Positions 37,107-46,356 of a DNA stretch of 64,000 nucleotides are shown piece by piece. Positions within the stretch are counted from its first letter, which is position 1. Each line of letters begins with the position of its first letter. Source of the DNA: an uncultured Verrucomicrobiae bacterium (GTDB lineage Bacteria > Verrucomicrobiota > Verrucomicrobiia > Limisphaerales > JAFGQR01); contig CAWBHS010000072.1 of the NCBI GenBank assembly GCA_963788655.1, positions 352,001 through 416,000 of the forward strand, written 5' to 3'. Below the pieces are notes generated by a model, which worked only from the letters and a program-made list of their open reading frames with translations, was not told where the DNA came from and ran no database searches. A program made the translations under genes and the position numbers.

Positions 37107-37119
37107 GTCGGCGTTGCTC

Positions 37120-37170
37120 AAGTCCCGCGGAGCGTTGCCAGGACGCAGTTGAGAGCATCCGCGGCGACTT
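37120..37170 (+). terminator. Stem-loop after giant gene 2
   Basis: AAGTC-CCGCGGA...TCCGCGG-C-GACTT inverted repeat 13 nt after the stop. No clear U tract. Confidence 0.35.
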
Positions 37171-37486
37171 CGGGCCGTCAACGTCTTCTTCAATCTACTG
37201 ACGGAGCGGGGGGACGAGGTGATCGCGGGTGGCTGGGTAAAGCGCCTACTGCATTTCATGGCGAATTTGCTTGCCCGAGGCTGCGCATTTCGCTACAAAC
37301 TCCTGCACGTTCAACGGATTGGACGAAGAGGATAATGTCGCGAAGGCAGGAGAAGCCCAAGCACCCTGGGCGAGCGTGGAAGGAAGTAATCAAATCAACC
37401 AAGTGTTTGCGTGTTGCTTTCGATGCCAATTTCTGTTTCAGGCCGATGCCCAGGTCAACTGATTGGCCTCAACGATCTGACTTTGT

Positions 37487-37849
37487 ATGATGCATTATAC
37501 CCAGCTTCAACCCATGTTTCCCGCCGAAGGCTTCGAGGTCACCATTGCTCCGTCCGAACCGTGTTGGCCCGGTGAACTGGGCTCACTCTGGATGGAGTGG
37601 CTCGTGGGGCTGCGCGTTCCAGTGGGCATCTCCGAAGACCTCAAGGTGCAGCAACTCATTGATGCTTCCTGGGAATTTCGCCCCATCGAGTTCATTTACT
37701 TTGCCGGTTCTGAGCCCGGTTCCCGTCGTCGGGTGACTCCCACGTTTGTTTTCACCGTCTCGGGATTTCACGGAGTGTACATGATGGGCATTTGCCACAA
37801 ACGAAAGCAACTGCGCACCTTTCGAGTGGACCAAATGCAGATGCTTTGA
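37487..37849 (+). CDS. Small WYL-domain protein
   Basis: PIEFIYFAGSEPGSRRRVTP...VYMMGICHKRKQLRTFRVDQM fits the WYL pattern (F.Y...R.V.P...WYL.G.C..R...RTFR.DRI). Confidence 0.8.
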   Translation: MMHYTQLQPMFPAEGFEVTIAPSEPCWPGELGSLWMEWLVGLRVPVGISEDLKVQQLIDASWEFRPIEFIYFAGSEPGSRRRVTPTFVFTVSGFHGVYMMGICHKRKQLRTFRVDQMQML

Positions 37850-37868
37850 GTATGACAAACGGTCGCGT

Positions 37869-38180
37869 ATGAAAGTTATCCTGGATTTTTGTGTCGTGCC
37901 GATGGGCGTGGGAGTATCCGTGTCCGCATACATTGCCGCCTGTGAGAAAGTCCTTCAGGAGGCCGGCCTGACGACGCAGCTACATGCCTACGGAACCAAC
38001 GTCGAAGGCGAATGGGACGAAGTCCTGGCCGCGGTCAAACGTTGTCATGAAATGCTTCACCAAATGGGGGTGCCGCGCATCTCCACCACCATCCGGCTGG
38101 GAACCAGGACCGACCGGGACCAGACGATGGAGGACAAGGTCAAAAGCGTGGAAGCCAAATTGACCGGCCCGCAAAGCTGA
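37869..38180 (+). CDS. MTH1187/UPF0045 family thiamine-binding protein
   Basis: DFCVVPMGVGVSVSAYIA...LHAYGTNVEGEWDEV...GVPRISTTIRLGTRTDR..TMEDKVKSV. Confidence 0.92.
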   Translation: MKVILDFCVVPMGVGVSVSAYIAACEKVLQEAGLTTQLHAYGTNVEGEWDEVLAAVKRCHEMLHQMGVPRISTTIRLGTRTDRDQTMEDKVKSVEAKLTGPQS

Positions 38181-38225
38181 CAACGCTTGCGTGACGAAAT
38201 CTTAAGCGCGACGCTTGCCACGACC

Positions 38226-38456
38226 GCAGGACGGCCGTCCCGGCTGTCTCGAATTTGCAGATGGCGTCCGCTTTTGCTTGGCGTCAACCTGCCACGATGG
38301 GTTGGCTATCGCGCCAGCGTTTGGAGTGCGTCCGGCTTGCCGGCGCTTTCGACGGTAACGGCGGTTGAAAGCTGTTCCGGCAAGTACCCGGCTCCTTTGT
38401 ACAGTTGGGATTCAATGAAAGCGGGCGCAAGCTCAACGCACTCCCAATGCTTCGCG
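38226..38456. repeat. Composite REP-like element, copy A
   Basis: Degenerate GTAG-type palindrome 38226-38248. A 42-nt unit at 38310-38351 is identical to 57892-57933. Inverted partner at 38411-38456. Confidence 0.8.
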
Positions 38457-38533
38457 ACGTTCGCCGGCCAATGCCAGCTTGTTCGGTTCACTTTGCCGGG
38501 AAGCGCCCGGCCCGAGCCGATTTGAATCGGCGC

Positions 38534-39511
38534 TTACTCCCCCTTCATCCTGACCGGCGTGGCTTGCTTGAGAAACTTGAACAAGTCACTGTCGGTGGTG
38601 AGGACCAACGTGGTGTTGTTGGTGAGCACCTGCTTGTACGTGTCCATCGTCTGGAGAAATTCGTAGAGTTCGATTGAATCGGGACTTTGGTTATAGGCGC
38701 GGGCGTAAATCTCGGTGGCTTCGGCGTCGGCCTTGCCTTCGATCTCCTGGACCTTGCGGTACGCTTCCGATTGAATGGTCTGCAATTCCTTTTCCTTTTG
38801 CCCAAGGATTTTGGCCGCTTCGCCCGCGCCTTCCGAACGGAACCGCTCGGCGATTTGCTGCCGTTCGCTGATCATGCGTTCAAAAATGCGCAGCCGCACA
38901 CTGGCATTGTAGTTGATGCGTTTGAATTGCACGTCCAGCAACTCAATGCCAAACACGGCCACTTTAGGCGCCGCACTCTCGAAGATCTCCTGCTGGACTT
39001 TGGACCGGCCTTTCTTGATCGGATACAGTTGGCCCACATTGCCACGGGCCTTCTCCAGGACGCTGTCTTGCTCCGGCACGCGGTCCTTGGTGGTGCGGAT
39101 AACTTCGATCAGTTCGTGCTTGGCGATGGCATTGCGGATTTCGCTGCCGAGAATGTCGTCCAGCCGCGACAAGGCGCTGCGTTCATCGCGCAAACGTAGA
39201 AAATACTGCTTGGCATCGTTGATCCGCCAGCGTCCGAACGCATCCACCACGATGTAGGTTTTGTCCTTGGTGGGCATCTCGCTGGGGCGCCCGTCCCAGC
39301 GCAGCACCCGTTTCTCGACGCGATTGGCCTCCTGGATAAAGGGAAGTTTGAAGTGCAACCCGGCGTTGGTGACGGCGTTGCCGACCGGCCTGCCGAACTG
39401 GGTGAGGACGACTTGCTGCGTCTCGCTCACCGGGTAGGCGGCGGTGAAAATCAGGAACAGCGCCACCACGGCGACGACCGCCAAGGCAATAAGTTGATGG
39501 ATCGATTTCAT
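38534..39511 (-). CDS. hflC: Protease modulator HflC
   Basis: SPFH domain: VVLTQFGRPV..GLHFKLPFIQ...TKDK...WRI.D...RMISERQQIAERFRSEGAGEA. Confidence 0.93.
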   Translation of the reverse strand: MKSIHQLIALAVVAVVALFLIFTAAYPVSETQQVVLTQFGRPVGNAVTNAGLHFKLPFIQEANRVEKRVLRWDGRPSEMPTKDKTYIVVDAFGRWRINDAKQYFLRLRDERSALSRLDDILGSEIRNAIAKHELIEVIRTTKDRVPEQDSVLEKARGNVGQLYPIKKGRSKVQQEIFESAAPKVAVFGIELLDVQFKRINYNASVRLRIFERMISERQQIAERFRSEGAGEAAKILGQKEKELQTIQSEAYRKVQEIEGKADAEATEIYARAYNQSPDSIELYEFLQTMDTYKQVLTNNTTLVLTTDSDLFKFLKQATPVRMKGE

Positions 39512-40479
39512 CAGTGGGACCTTTCTTGATTGAGCTGGAGCAGGGGCAAGAATTGGCGGGCCTGTTCGTCCAGAATGATCTTCGAGCCCAGTTGCGGGAG
39601 GATTTCCGCCAGTGTTTCCAGGTAGATGCGCCGGCGCGTGACTTGGGGAGCCTTGTTGTATTCCATCAGCAGGGCGACGAAGCGGGTCGTGTCCCCTTCG
39701 GCTTCGTTGACGCGTTTGATCGCGTACCCTTCGGCGGTGCTGATCTTTTCCTCCGCCTCGCCCCGCGCGCGCGGCACGGCTTTGTTGTATTCTCCGTTGG
39801 CGACGTTAATGGCCTTCTCGCGCTCCTGTTGGGCTTGGTTCACCTCGTTGAACGACGACTGCACGGGCGGCGGGGGATTGACGTTTTTCAATTGCACCTG
39901 GTCGATGCTTACTCCGATTTCGTATTTCTTAACCAGTTCCTGGAGGCGGGCGAGTGCCACGCTCTCGATTTCCTGGCGGCCGACGGTAATGACTTCGTCC
40001 ACGGTGCGGTCGCCCACCACTTCGCGCATCACCGATTCGGAAAGATTACGCAAGGTTTCCGGCGGGTCGCGGAAATTGAACAAGAAAGCCCGCGGATCCC
40101 GAATCCGGTACTGGACGATCCACTCGACCGTGGCGGAATTGAGGTCGCCGGTGACCATGCTGCGCTCGGCCTCCTGTTCATTGGGGTTGGTGAATTGCTC
40201 TTCGTTGTTGGCGCCGGGAGTGCCAAAGCCAAACTCTTGTTTCAATTGCCGCCGCACTGGCACTGCTTGCGCTCGGTCGATGCCCCAGGGCAGCTTGAAG
40301 TGCAGACCCGGCTCGACGGTTTTGGTGTAACGGCCGAAGCGCAGGACGATTCCCTGCGATTCGGCCGGCACCGTGTAAACCATGGTGACGAGGGTGATCA
40401 CCACCACCACCGCCGCCAGCAGCCACAGCACCGGTTTGGCGTGGATCTCGTAGTAGGTATTTCCAACACGAATTGTCAT
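39511..40479 (-). CDS. hflK: Protease modulator HflK
   Basis: GIVLRFGRY...PGLHFKLPWGID...MVTGDLN...VNPPPPVQSSFNEV...PRARGEA...APQVTRRRIYLETL. Coupled to hflC. Confidence 0.93.
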   Translation of the reverse strand: MTIRVGNTYYEIHAKPVLWLLAAVVVVITLVTMVYTVPAESQGIVLRFGRYTKTVEPGLHFKLPWGIDRAQAVPVRRQLKQEFGFGTPGANNEEQFTNPNEQEAERSMVTGDLNSATVEWIVQYRIRDPRAFLFNFRDPPETLRNLSESVMREVVGDRTVDEVITVGRQEIESVALARLQELVKKYEIGVSIDQVQLKNVNPPPPVQSSFNEVNQAQQEREKAINVANGEYNKAVPRARGEAEEKISTAEGYAIKRVNEAEGDTTRFVALLMEYNKAPQVTRRRIYLETLAEILPQLGSKIILDEQARQFLPLLQLNQERSH

Positions 40480-40635
40480 ATTGATCGGCAGCCTTGCAAA
40501 AACCGACCCCTCCGGTCAAACCTCAATGAGAAAACCTTCACAAACCAGCTTGACTTCTGGCCAAAGCTGAAGGTAGCCTTACTCAGTCTCGGGAACGTCA
40601 TTATATAGAATGCTCGCAATAACCAAAGGATCCTC

Positions 40636-41574
40636 ATGAAAACTCTAATATTTTTTCTCACCTTGGAACTGGCGGCGGCGCTGGGTTGGGGGCAGACACG
40701 CGCGGCGGCGCCAAGTCGGCGGGCACCCCGTGTGTCTCGCAGCCCGCAAGTGAGCATTGCACGGAGTGTTCGCCCAGGCTTGATTCGGATTTCCTGGACC
40801 GGTCGCGGCGTATTAAAGGCCGCGTTGACTCCGGCGGGACCATTTAAGACGATCCGTCAGGCCACCAGGACCAATCGTGCCGGCGAACCGAACCAAATCT
40901 TCCTCCCCGCCAACGAGGCGTGCCGGGTCTTCCGCTTGGATCCGGTCGATGCTACTTCGGCACCGGCAGCGGGTTTTGCCGGAAATGTCTTTAGTGTCAA
41001 CGTGGTCGGCTACATCAATCTCGACTTGCCGCCCGGACTCTCGTTGATTGTTTGCCAACTGTACCCTGGTCCCGGAGATGACCAAACGGTCGGCAGCTTG
41101 CTGGCCCAGCAAGTTCCCGATGGGGCGCAAGTGTTCAAGTACTCAGCCGAAACCGGCTATGAGATTAGCACCTTTGACGGTTCACGCGGCGTGTGGTCAA
41201 ATCCTGATATGCGATTACCTCCCGGCGAAGGCTTCTACTTCCAAAATCCGCCCGGCAACTCATGCATGATCACGTTCGTTGGCGAAGTGATGCAGGGCAC
41301 GACCGTCAATCCGTTGCCGGCCGGTTATTCGATGAGGGGAGCATTGATCCCGCAGGCCGGATCTCTGAACACGGTTCACCTGCTGCCCGGCGAACCGGGC
41401 GACATGCTCTACCTCCAGGTCAACGATGAGCAAGGCGGGATCGATTTCTGGACGAGTGAATTTAGTGGCTCAGCCAACGCCTGGGTGCCGGACCCCAACG
41501 TCGATGTCGGCCAGGGTTTTTGGATTTGGAAGCAGAACCCACAGGATTGGATCCGGGTGTTTTATGTTTATTGA
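40636..41574 (+). CDS. Secreted verrucomicrobial hypothetical protein (SVNVVGY domain)
   Basis: Signal peptide. NVFSVNVVGYINL..PG.SLI followed by two internal repeats (PGEGFYF / VGQGFWI). Confidence 0.7.
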   Translation: MKTLIFFLTLELAAALGWGQTRAAAPSRRAPRVSRSPQVSIARSVRPGLIRISWTGRGVLKAALTPAGPFKTIRQATRTNRAGEPNQIFLPANEACRVFRLDPVDATSAPAAGFAGNVFSVNVVGYINLDLPPGLSLIVCQLYPGPGDDQTVGSLLAQQVPDGAQVFKYSAETGYEISTFDGSRGVWSNPDMRLPPGEGFYFQNPPGNSCMITFVGEVMQGTTVNPLPAGYSMRGALIPQAGSLNTVHLLPGEPGDMLYLQVNDEQGGIDFWTSEFSGSANAWVPDPNVDVGQGFWIWKQNPQDWIRVFYVY

Positions 41575-41701
41575 TCGCCGTGCTGGAGGTGCCCGGCCGG
41601 AAATGTGGCGGGCTGGATACATTGCCGCGTTGAAGGCGTGAGGCGAGGGGAAACGCGCGCGGGTGGTGAAATGCCGCGGGACAGCAGCAGGAAAGTGTTT
41701 A

Positions 41702-42991
41702 ATGCAGACGATGATCAACATGGTTGCCGCGAGATGGAAAACGGGGCTGGTGCTTGGCGCGTGGATTTTGGGCGCGTCCGCCGGTTGGTCGCAAGGACTG
41801 GTCGTTTTCGACAACCGGGTTACCGGTACCGTGGTGGCTCCGGTTTACGGTGTGGAAGCCATTACCCCCTCGCTGGCGCAACACGGCAACTCGCCCGACG
41901 GCACTCCGCCCGGCACGCAGGTATATTCCGGTGGCTTGGTGGCGGGAACGGGATTCACCGCGCAATTGTATGGCGGCCCTGCGACTGCCGATCCTCGCCA
42001 TTTGTATCCGTTGTATCCGGCGACCTTCCTCCTGAGCGGCGCCGGTGCGGGTTTTGTCCAAGCCCCCGCGCTGGCCGTAACCGTGCCCGAAGTTGCGGCG
42101 GGCCAACCCGCCCAACTCCAAGTGCGGGTCTGGGCCAATCGCGCCGGCACCGTCACTAATTGGCTGCAGGTTCTGGCTGATCCCTCCCTCCCGCGTGGAC
42201 GGTCAGCGGTGTTCCAAAGCCCGTCGCTCGGGGGGCTGTTTTTGCCGCCGGTGAATTTGATTGGTTTGGAGAGCTTCAACCTCAGCCGCGATGTCGTTTC
42301 ATCGTTCGACTTCCAGATCAATTTCCAGCCGGCCGGGGTGGTGGTTCCCGGCTACTTGCCGGACAATGGGTTTCCTTATGGGCAACGTGCCAATGGACTT
42401 GTTTATGGCTGGAACGTCAGTCATTCCGAGCAGGCCCACGCGCAAAACGAAACGAGGTCGCCGGACCTGCGCTACGACACCTTCATTCAAATGAACTCCG
42501 GGCCAGCGGCGAGGTGGGAAATCGAAGTCACCAATGGGTTGTATGTCGTGCATCTGACAGTTGGTGATCCCCGGCGGGTTGAAGGTGATTATCATCTCGA
42601 CGTCGAAAATGTGTCGGCGGTGGCAGGCACAATCAGCGAAACCAACCCTTGGCTCGAAGGCTTCGTGGTGGTGGCCGTGACCGATGGCCGGTTGACGATC
42701 ACCAGCGGGAGCGAAAGCGAAGCGGCGCCGCTGGCCTTTGTCGAATTGGGCCGCGCCCAACCGGAGTCCCCGACGCTCACCGCGCAATTTCCGGTGGACG
42801 GCTCCGCGTTTCTTCTGCAAGTGCGGGGCCAGTTGGGCTTCCGTTACGAAGTTGAATACTCGACCAATTTGCTGGATTGGGTGTCCGCGGACTCCGTGGG
42901 CCCGATGGTCGGAAACGCGATTGAATTTCTGGATGCTTCCTTTGCCGACCACCCCTTCCGGTTTTACCGGGCGCGTGTGTTGGTGCCCTAA
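41702..42991 (+). CDS. Secreted protein: verrucomicrobial N-terminal domain + carbohydrate-binding-like beta-sandwich + C-terminal RFYR domain
   Basis: Signal ..SAGWS/QGLVVFDNRV. FTAQLYGG...QVRVW. INFQP...GYLPDNG...YGW...WEIEVTNGLY.V...GDP. Ends YEVEYSTNLLDW...FLD...RFYRARV. Exact start uncertain (41702/41711/41720). Confidence 0.75.
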   Translation: MQTMINMVAARWKTGLVLGAWILGASAGWSQGLVVFDNRVTGTVVAPVYGVEAITPSLAQHGNSPDGTPPGTQVYSGGLVAGTGFTAQLYGGPATADPRHLYPLYPATFLLSGAGAGFVQAPALAVTVPEVAAGQPAQLQVRVWANRAGTVTNWLQVLADPSLPRGRSAVFQSPSLGGLFLPPVNLIGLESFNLSRDVVSSFDFQINFQPAGVVVPGYLPDNGFPYGQRANGLVYGWNVSHSEQAHAQNETRSPDLRYDTFIQMNSGPAARWEIEVTNGLYVVHLTVGDPRRVEGDYHLDVENVSAVAGTISETNPWLEGFVVVAVTDGRLTITSGSESEAAPLAFVELGRAQPESPTLTAQFPVDGSAFLLQVRGQLGFRYEVEYSTNLLDWVSADSVGPMVGNAIEFLDASFADHPFRFYRARVLVP

Positions 42992-43041
42992 TTGTCGTTG
43001 GAATCGTGCTTCCGGTGGCCCGCCGGAAGCTACGAATGCAA

Positions 43042-43297
43042 GTTGCCGGCATGATGCCGGCACCACGCTGGCAACGTGCTGTCTGGCGTCCCGCCGGCAG
43101 AACCGAATACGCCGGACGCGCTCGAACTTTTGTTCTCCCCGTTTTCCTTCGTTCGGTCTGCCGGCAGACAGAGTTCAGGAGCGTGCTGTCAGCGTCCCGT
43201 CACCACCGGCACCCCAGCCCTCCCGCAAACCTTCCACATGCTACGCCGACTTCCGCCGCGTCACCCTTTTTACCCCTTCAACCCTTCAGCCCTTCAA
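43042..43297. repeat. Intergenic palindromes and 8-bp tandem repeat
   Basis: TGCCGGCA-tga-TGCCGGCA palindrome. GTGCTGTC.GCGTCCCG occurs twice (about 43076 and 43182). CCCTTCAA/CCCTTCAG/CCCTTCAA at 43274-43297. Confidence 0.55.
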
Positions 43298-43341
43298 CCA
43301 TTGCTCCCGCCTTTACTTTTCGCGGTCTGCCAACCCGAATT

Positions 43342-44709
43342 TCACAGCGTCCACCCTTGGCGATACGGGTAGTGTAGCAGCGCGTTGGCCTCTGGTTCGT
43401 TGGTGATCTTTAAACGCTTGCTGTCCCAATCCAGTCGGTCACCACCGTAATGAACGCATACGCTGCCCAGCAATACCGCCTCCGTAAGCGGACCGGCGAA
43501 GTCGAAGTTCGAGCGGGTCGGGGACCCGGTCTTGCACGCCCGCACCCATTCGGCGTGATGGCCAATCGACCGCGGCAGGGTTTTGGGAGGCCGTTGATAT
43601 TCTTTATTGCGGCGCTCCGGAATCAGGCGGGGGTGCTCGCCGCCCCAGCCTTCCACCAGCATCTTGCCTTTATCGCCGACGAACAGGATGCCATCCTCGC
43701 GTTTGAGCGGGCGATCTGGTTCCAATTCATCTGGGCGGGACGGCAACAATCCGCCGTCATACCAGTGCAGCATGACCGAAGGCTGGTTGCCACGCGCGGG
43801 AAATTGGTAGTGAACGGTGCAAGCCAGTGGCACGCTCTCGGGATAGACCGGAGTGGAACTGGCGTGGACGCTGGTGGGAGCGGTGAGTTGCAATGCGGAG
43901 AACACGGGCGCGAGGTTGTGAATGCCCATGTCGCCGATCCCCCCGCTGCCAAAGTCCCACCAACCGCGCCATTTGAACGGTACGTATGCCGGGTGATAGG
44001 GCCGCCACGGGGCCGGACCGAGCCAGAGATCCCAATCCAGCGTGGATGGTACCGGTGGGTTGTCGGTAGGCCGTTCGACCCCTTGCGCCCACCAAAGCGG
44101 CAGCTTGCCGCGGTGAGTGGGGCGATCCGACCACACGTGGACTTCGCGCACGGTGCCGATCGCGCCGTCCGCAATCCACTCATTGATCAGGCGATTCCCC
44201 TCGAAGGCCATGCCCTGGTTGCCCATTTGCGTGGTGACTTTTGCGTGGCGAGCGGCTTGGGCCAGCGTGCGGGCTTCAAAGACCGTGCGGGTCAGCGGTT
44301 TCTCGCAATACACATGTTTGGCATGCTTGATGGCGGCCATGGCGGCCACCGCGTGAATGTGATCCGGCGTGGCCACCACCACGGCGTCGATGCCCTTCTC
44401 TTTGTCCAGCATCACCCGGAAATCGCGGTGCCGCGCGGCGTTCGGGAACCGTTTGAACGTCTCCGCTGCCCGCTCCCAATCGACATCACACAGCGCGGCA
44501 ATATTCTCGCCGGTAAGCTCTTTGAGATCCTCGGCGGCGCGCCCACCCGCGCCGATAAAGGCCAGATTGAGCTTTTCGCTGGGCGGTTTGTGTCCGGCGC
44601 CGCCGAGCACGTGGCGGGGAACAATGAAGAATGCTGCTGCCCCAACGGCCGAAGTGCTGAGGAAGGAGCGGCGGGTGACGTTCGGAGTAACCACGGGAAT
44701 CGATTTCAT
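43342..44709 (-). CDS. Tat-exported Gfo/Idh/MocA family oxidoreductase
   Basis: TRRSFL Tat motif, IGAGGR, VATPDHIH, HVYCEKPL, DWDLWLGPAP, GDMGIH. Confidence 0.93.
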   Translation of the reverse strand: MKSIPVVTPNVTRRSFLSTSAVGAAAFFIVPRHVLGGAGHKPPSEKLNLAFIGAGGRAAEDLKELTGENIAALCDVDWERAAETFKRFPNAARHRDFRVMLDKEKGIDAVVVATPDHIHAVAAMAAIKHAKHVYCEKPLTRTVFEARTLAQAARHAKVTTQMGNQGMAFEGNRLINEWIADGAIGTVREVHVWSDRPTHRGKLPLWWAQGVERPTDNPPVPSTLDWDLWLGPAPWRPYHPAYVPFKWRGWWDFGSGGIGDMGIHNLAPVFSALQLTAPTSVHASSTPVYPESVPLACTVHYQFPARGNQPSVMLHWYDGGLLPSRPDELEPDRPLKREDGILFVGDKGKMLVEGWGGEHPRLIPERRNKEYQRPPKTLPRSIGHHAEWVRACKTGSPTRSNFDFAGPLTEAVLLGSVCVHYGGDRLDWDSKRLKITNEPEANALLHYPYRQGWTL

Positions 44710-45082
44710 GACGGGCAGTTTGACAAAAAGAAGAACCAAACACGAAGCGATTTGTTGAATGAAACGCTACCGAACGACCGATGAAAAAGCATTCACAGTT
44801 TTTGAGTTGGGCAGGTCACAGTACAGCGGCTGGCGTTACCGCCCCGAGTTCAAGTAAGGTCGGTGAGTGGAAGCCAGCCGGTCAGGTTACCCGCTGCACG
44901 GTGGCTGCCGCTGTGGTAAGGTTTCTGCCCGAATTCCGCCCCAGTTGGTATTTTGCAAACCATGATTTTTCCATTTATGGCACGGAAGGGAGGAGGCAGT
45001 ATTCCGCCGATGCACGGCGTACGTCAGCAAGTTTCCGGGAACCCAGCGGGGGGCACGTTCCTCTTACCTTGGGAAAGGCTGC

Positions 45083-45610
45083 ATGACGGGTGAACTGGAC
45101 TTTACCGCCCTGGTGGACCTGTATTATGGGCCGATGTACCGTTTTGCTTTGAGCTTGACGCACACCGAGAGCGACGCGTGCGATCTGGTGCAGGAGACCT
45201 TTCGAGTTTGGGCGACCAAAGGCCACCAACTGCAGGATCGCACGAAAGCCAAAGCGTGGTTGTTTACCACGCTGCATCGGCTGTTTCTGAATTCCCACCG
45301 CCGGAACGTGCGCTTTCCGCACGTGGATTTGGCGCAAGCGGCAGAGGAGTTGCCTTCGGTGGCTCCGGCATCGCTGTCCGACTTGAATGGGCGGGACGTA
45401 CTCACCTTGCTCGCGCAGGTGGACTCCCAATTCCAGGCGCCGGTGTCCTTGTTTTATCTGGAAGACCTTTCTTATCAGCAGATCGCTGAAATTCTGGGTG
45501 TGCCTCTGGGTACGGTGAAATCACGGATTGCGCGGGGGCTGGCGCAATTGAAACATCTTGCAGGGGCATTGCCAACCAAGCCCGTAACCTCGGAATCGCC
45601 ACTACGGTGA
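45083..45610 (+). CDS. ECF sigma-70 factor
   Basis: YRFALSLT..ESDACDLVQETF...KAWLFTT...LSYQQIAEILGVPLGTVKSRIARG. Confidence 0.93.
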   Translation: MTGELDFTALVDLYYGPMYRFALSLTHTESDACDLVQETFRVWATKGHQLQDRTKAKAWLFTTLHRLFLNSHRRNVRFPHVDLAQAAEELPSVAPASLSDLNGRDVLTLLAQVDSQFQAPVSLFYLEDLSYQQIAEILGVPLGTVKSRIARGLAQLKHLAGALPTKPVTSESPLR

Positions 45611-46341
45611 ACGCGCGCGAAGCCAAAGAAATCTTGCTGCTCTATCGCCGGGAAACGGAAGACGTAGCCGATTCGCGTCTGGAAGAGGCGTTGGCCCTGG
45701 TGCGTCAGGATTCCGAATTGGGACGGTGGTTTGAGGAGCATTTGGCTTTTCAACAAACCGTACGCGAGAAACTGCGGGCAATTCCAGCCCCGGCGGAGTT
45801 GCGGGAACGGCTGCTGGCCGAACGGAAGGTCGTGCGACCGCCGGCGTGGTGGCAACGCGCTCCGGTTTGGGCGGCCGCGGCTGCGGTTGCCTTGTTGATC
45901 GGCTTGACGATTTGGTGGAGCCAACCTCGCGTCCCGGACCAGTTCGCCGACTTCCGCTCGCGCATGGTGCGGTCGGCGGTGCGGGAATACCAACGGATGG
46001 ACATTGTCACGAACAACATGGCGCCAGTGCGCCGCTACATGGCGCAACGCGGCGCGCCCGCGGATTACGTGGTGCCACCTGGTTTGGACCGACTTCAATT
46101 GACCGGAGCCAAACTGGTGCGCTGGCGTAACCATCCGGTTTCCATGGTATGTTTCGACCGCGGCGACAAAGAAATGCTATTTCTCTTCGTGCTGGAACGC
46201 GACACCGTTGCAGATGCCCCCAACCTCAAGCCCATTATGGACAAGGTGAAGAAATACATGACCGCCAGTTGGAGTGAAGGGGACAATACATACCTTTTGG
46301 CCGGTCCCGATGAGCCGGGTTTTGTCCACAAATACTTGTGA
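45607..46341 (+). CDS. Membrane-anchored anti-sigma factor (putative)
   Basis: GTGA overlap with the sigma gene. N-terminal helical domain, a TM segment WAAAAAVALLIGLTIWW, periplasmic VSMVCF...ASW domain. Confidence 0.75.
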   Translation: MNAREAKEILLLYRRETEDVADSRLEEALALVRQDSELGRWFEEHLAFQQTVREKLRAIPAPAELRERLLAERKVVRPPAWWQRAPVWAAAAAVALLIGLTIWWSQPRVPDQFADFRSRMVRSAVREYQRMDIVTNNMAPVRRYMAQRGAPADYVVPPGLDRLQLTGAKLVRWRNHPVSMVCFDRGDKEMLFLFVLERDTVADAPNLKPIMDKVKKYMTASWSEGDNTYLLAGPDEPGFVHKYL

Positions 46342-46356
46342 GCTGGGCAAGGGTCG

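Noticed and set aside
45038..45066. GGAAC...TCTTA autoregulatory ECF promoter
   Set aside because: Spacing does not cleanly fit a known consensus. Plausible but unsupported.
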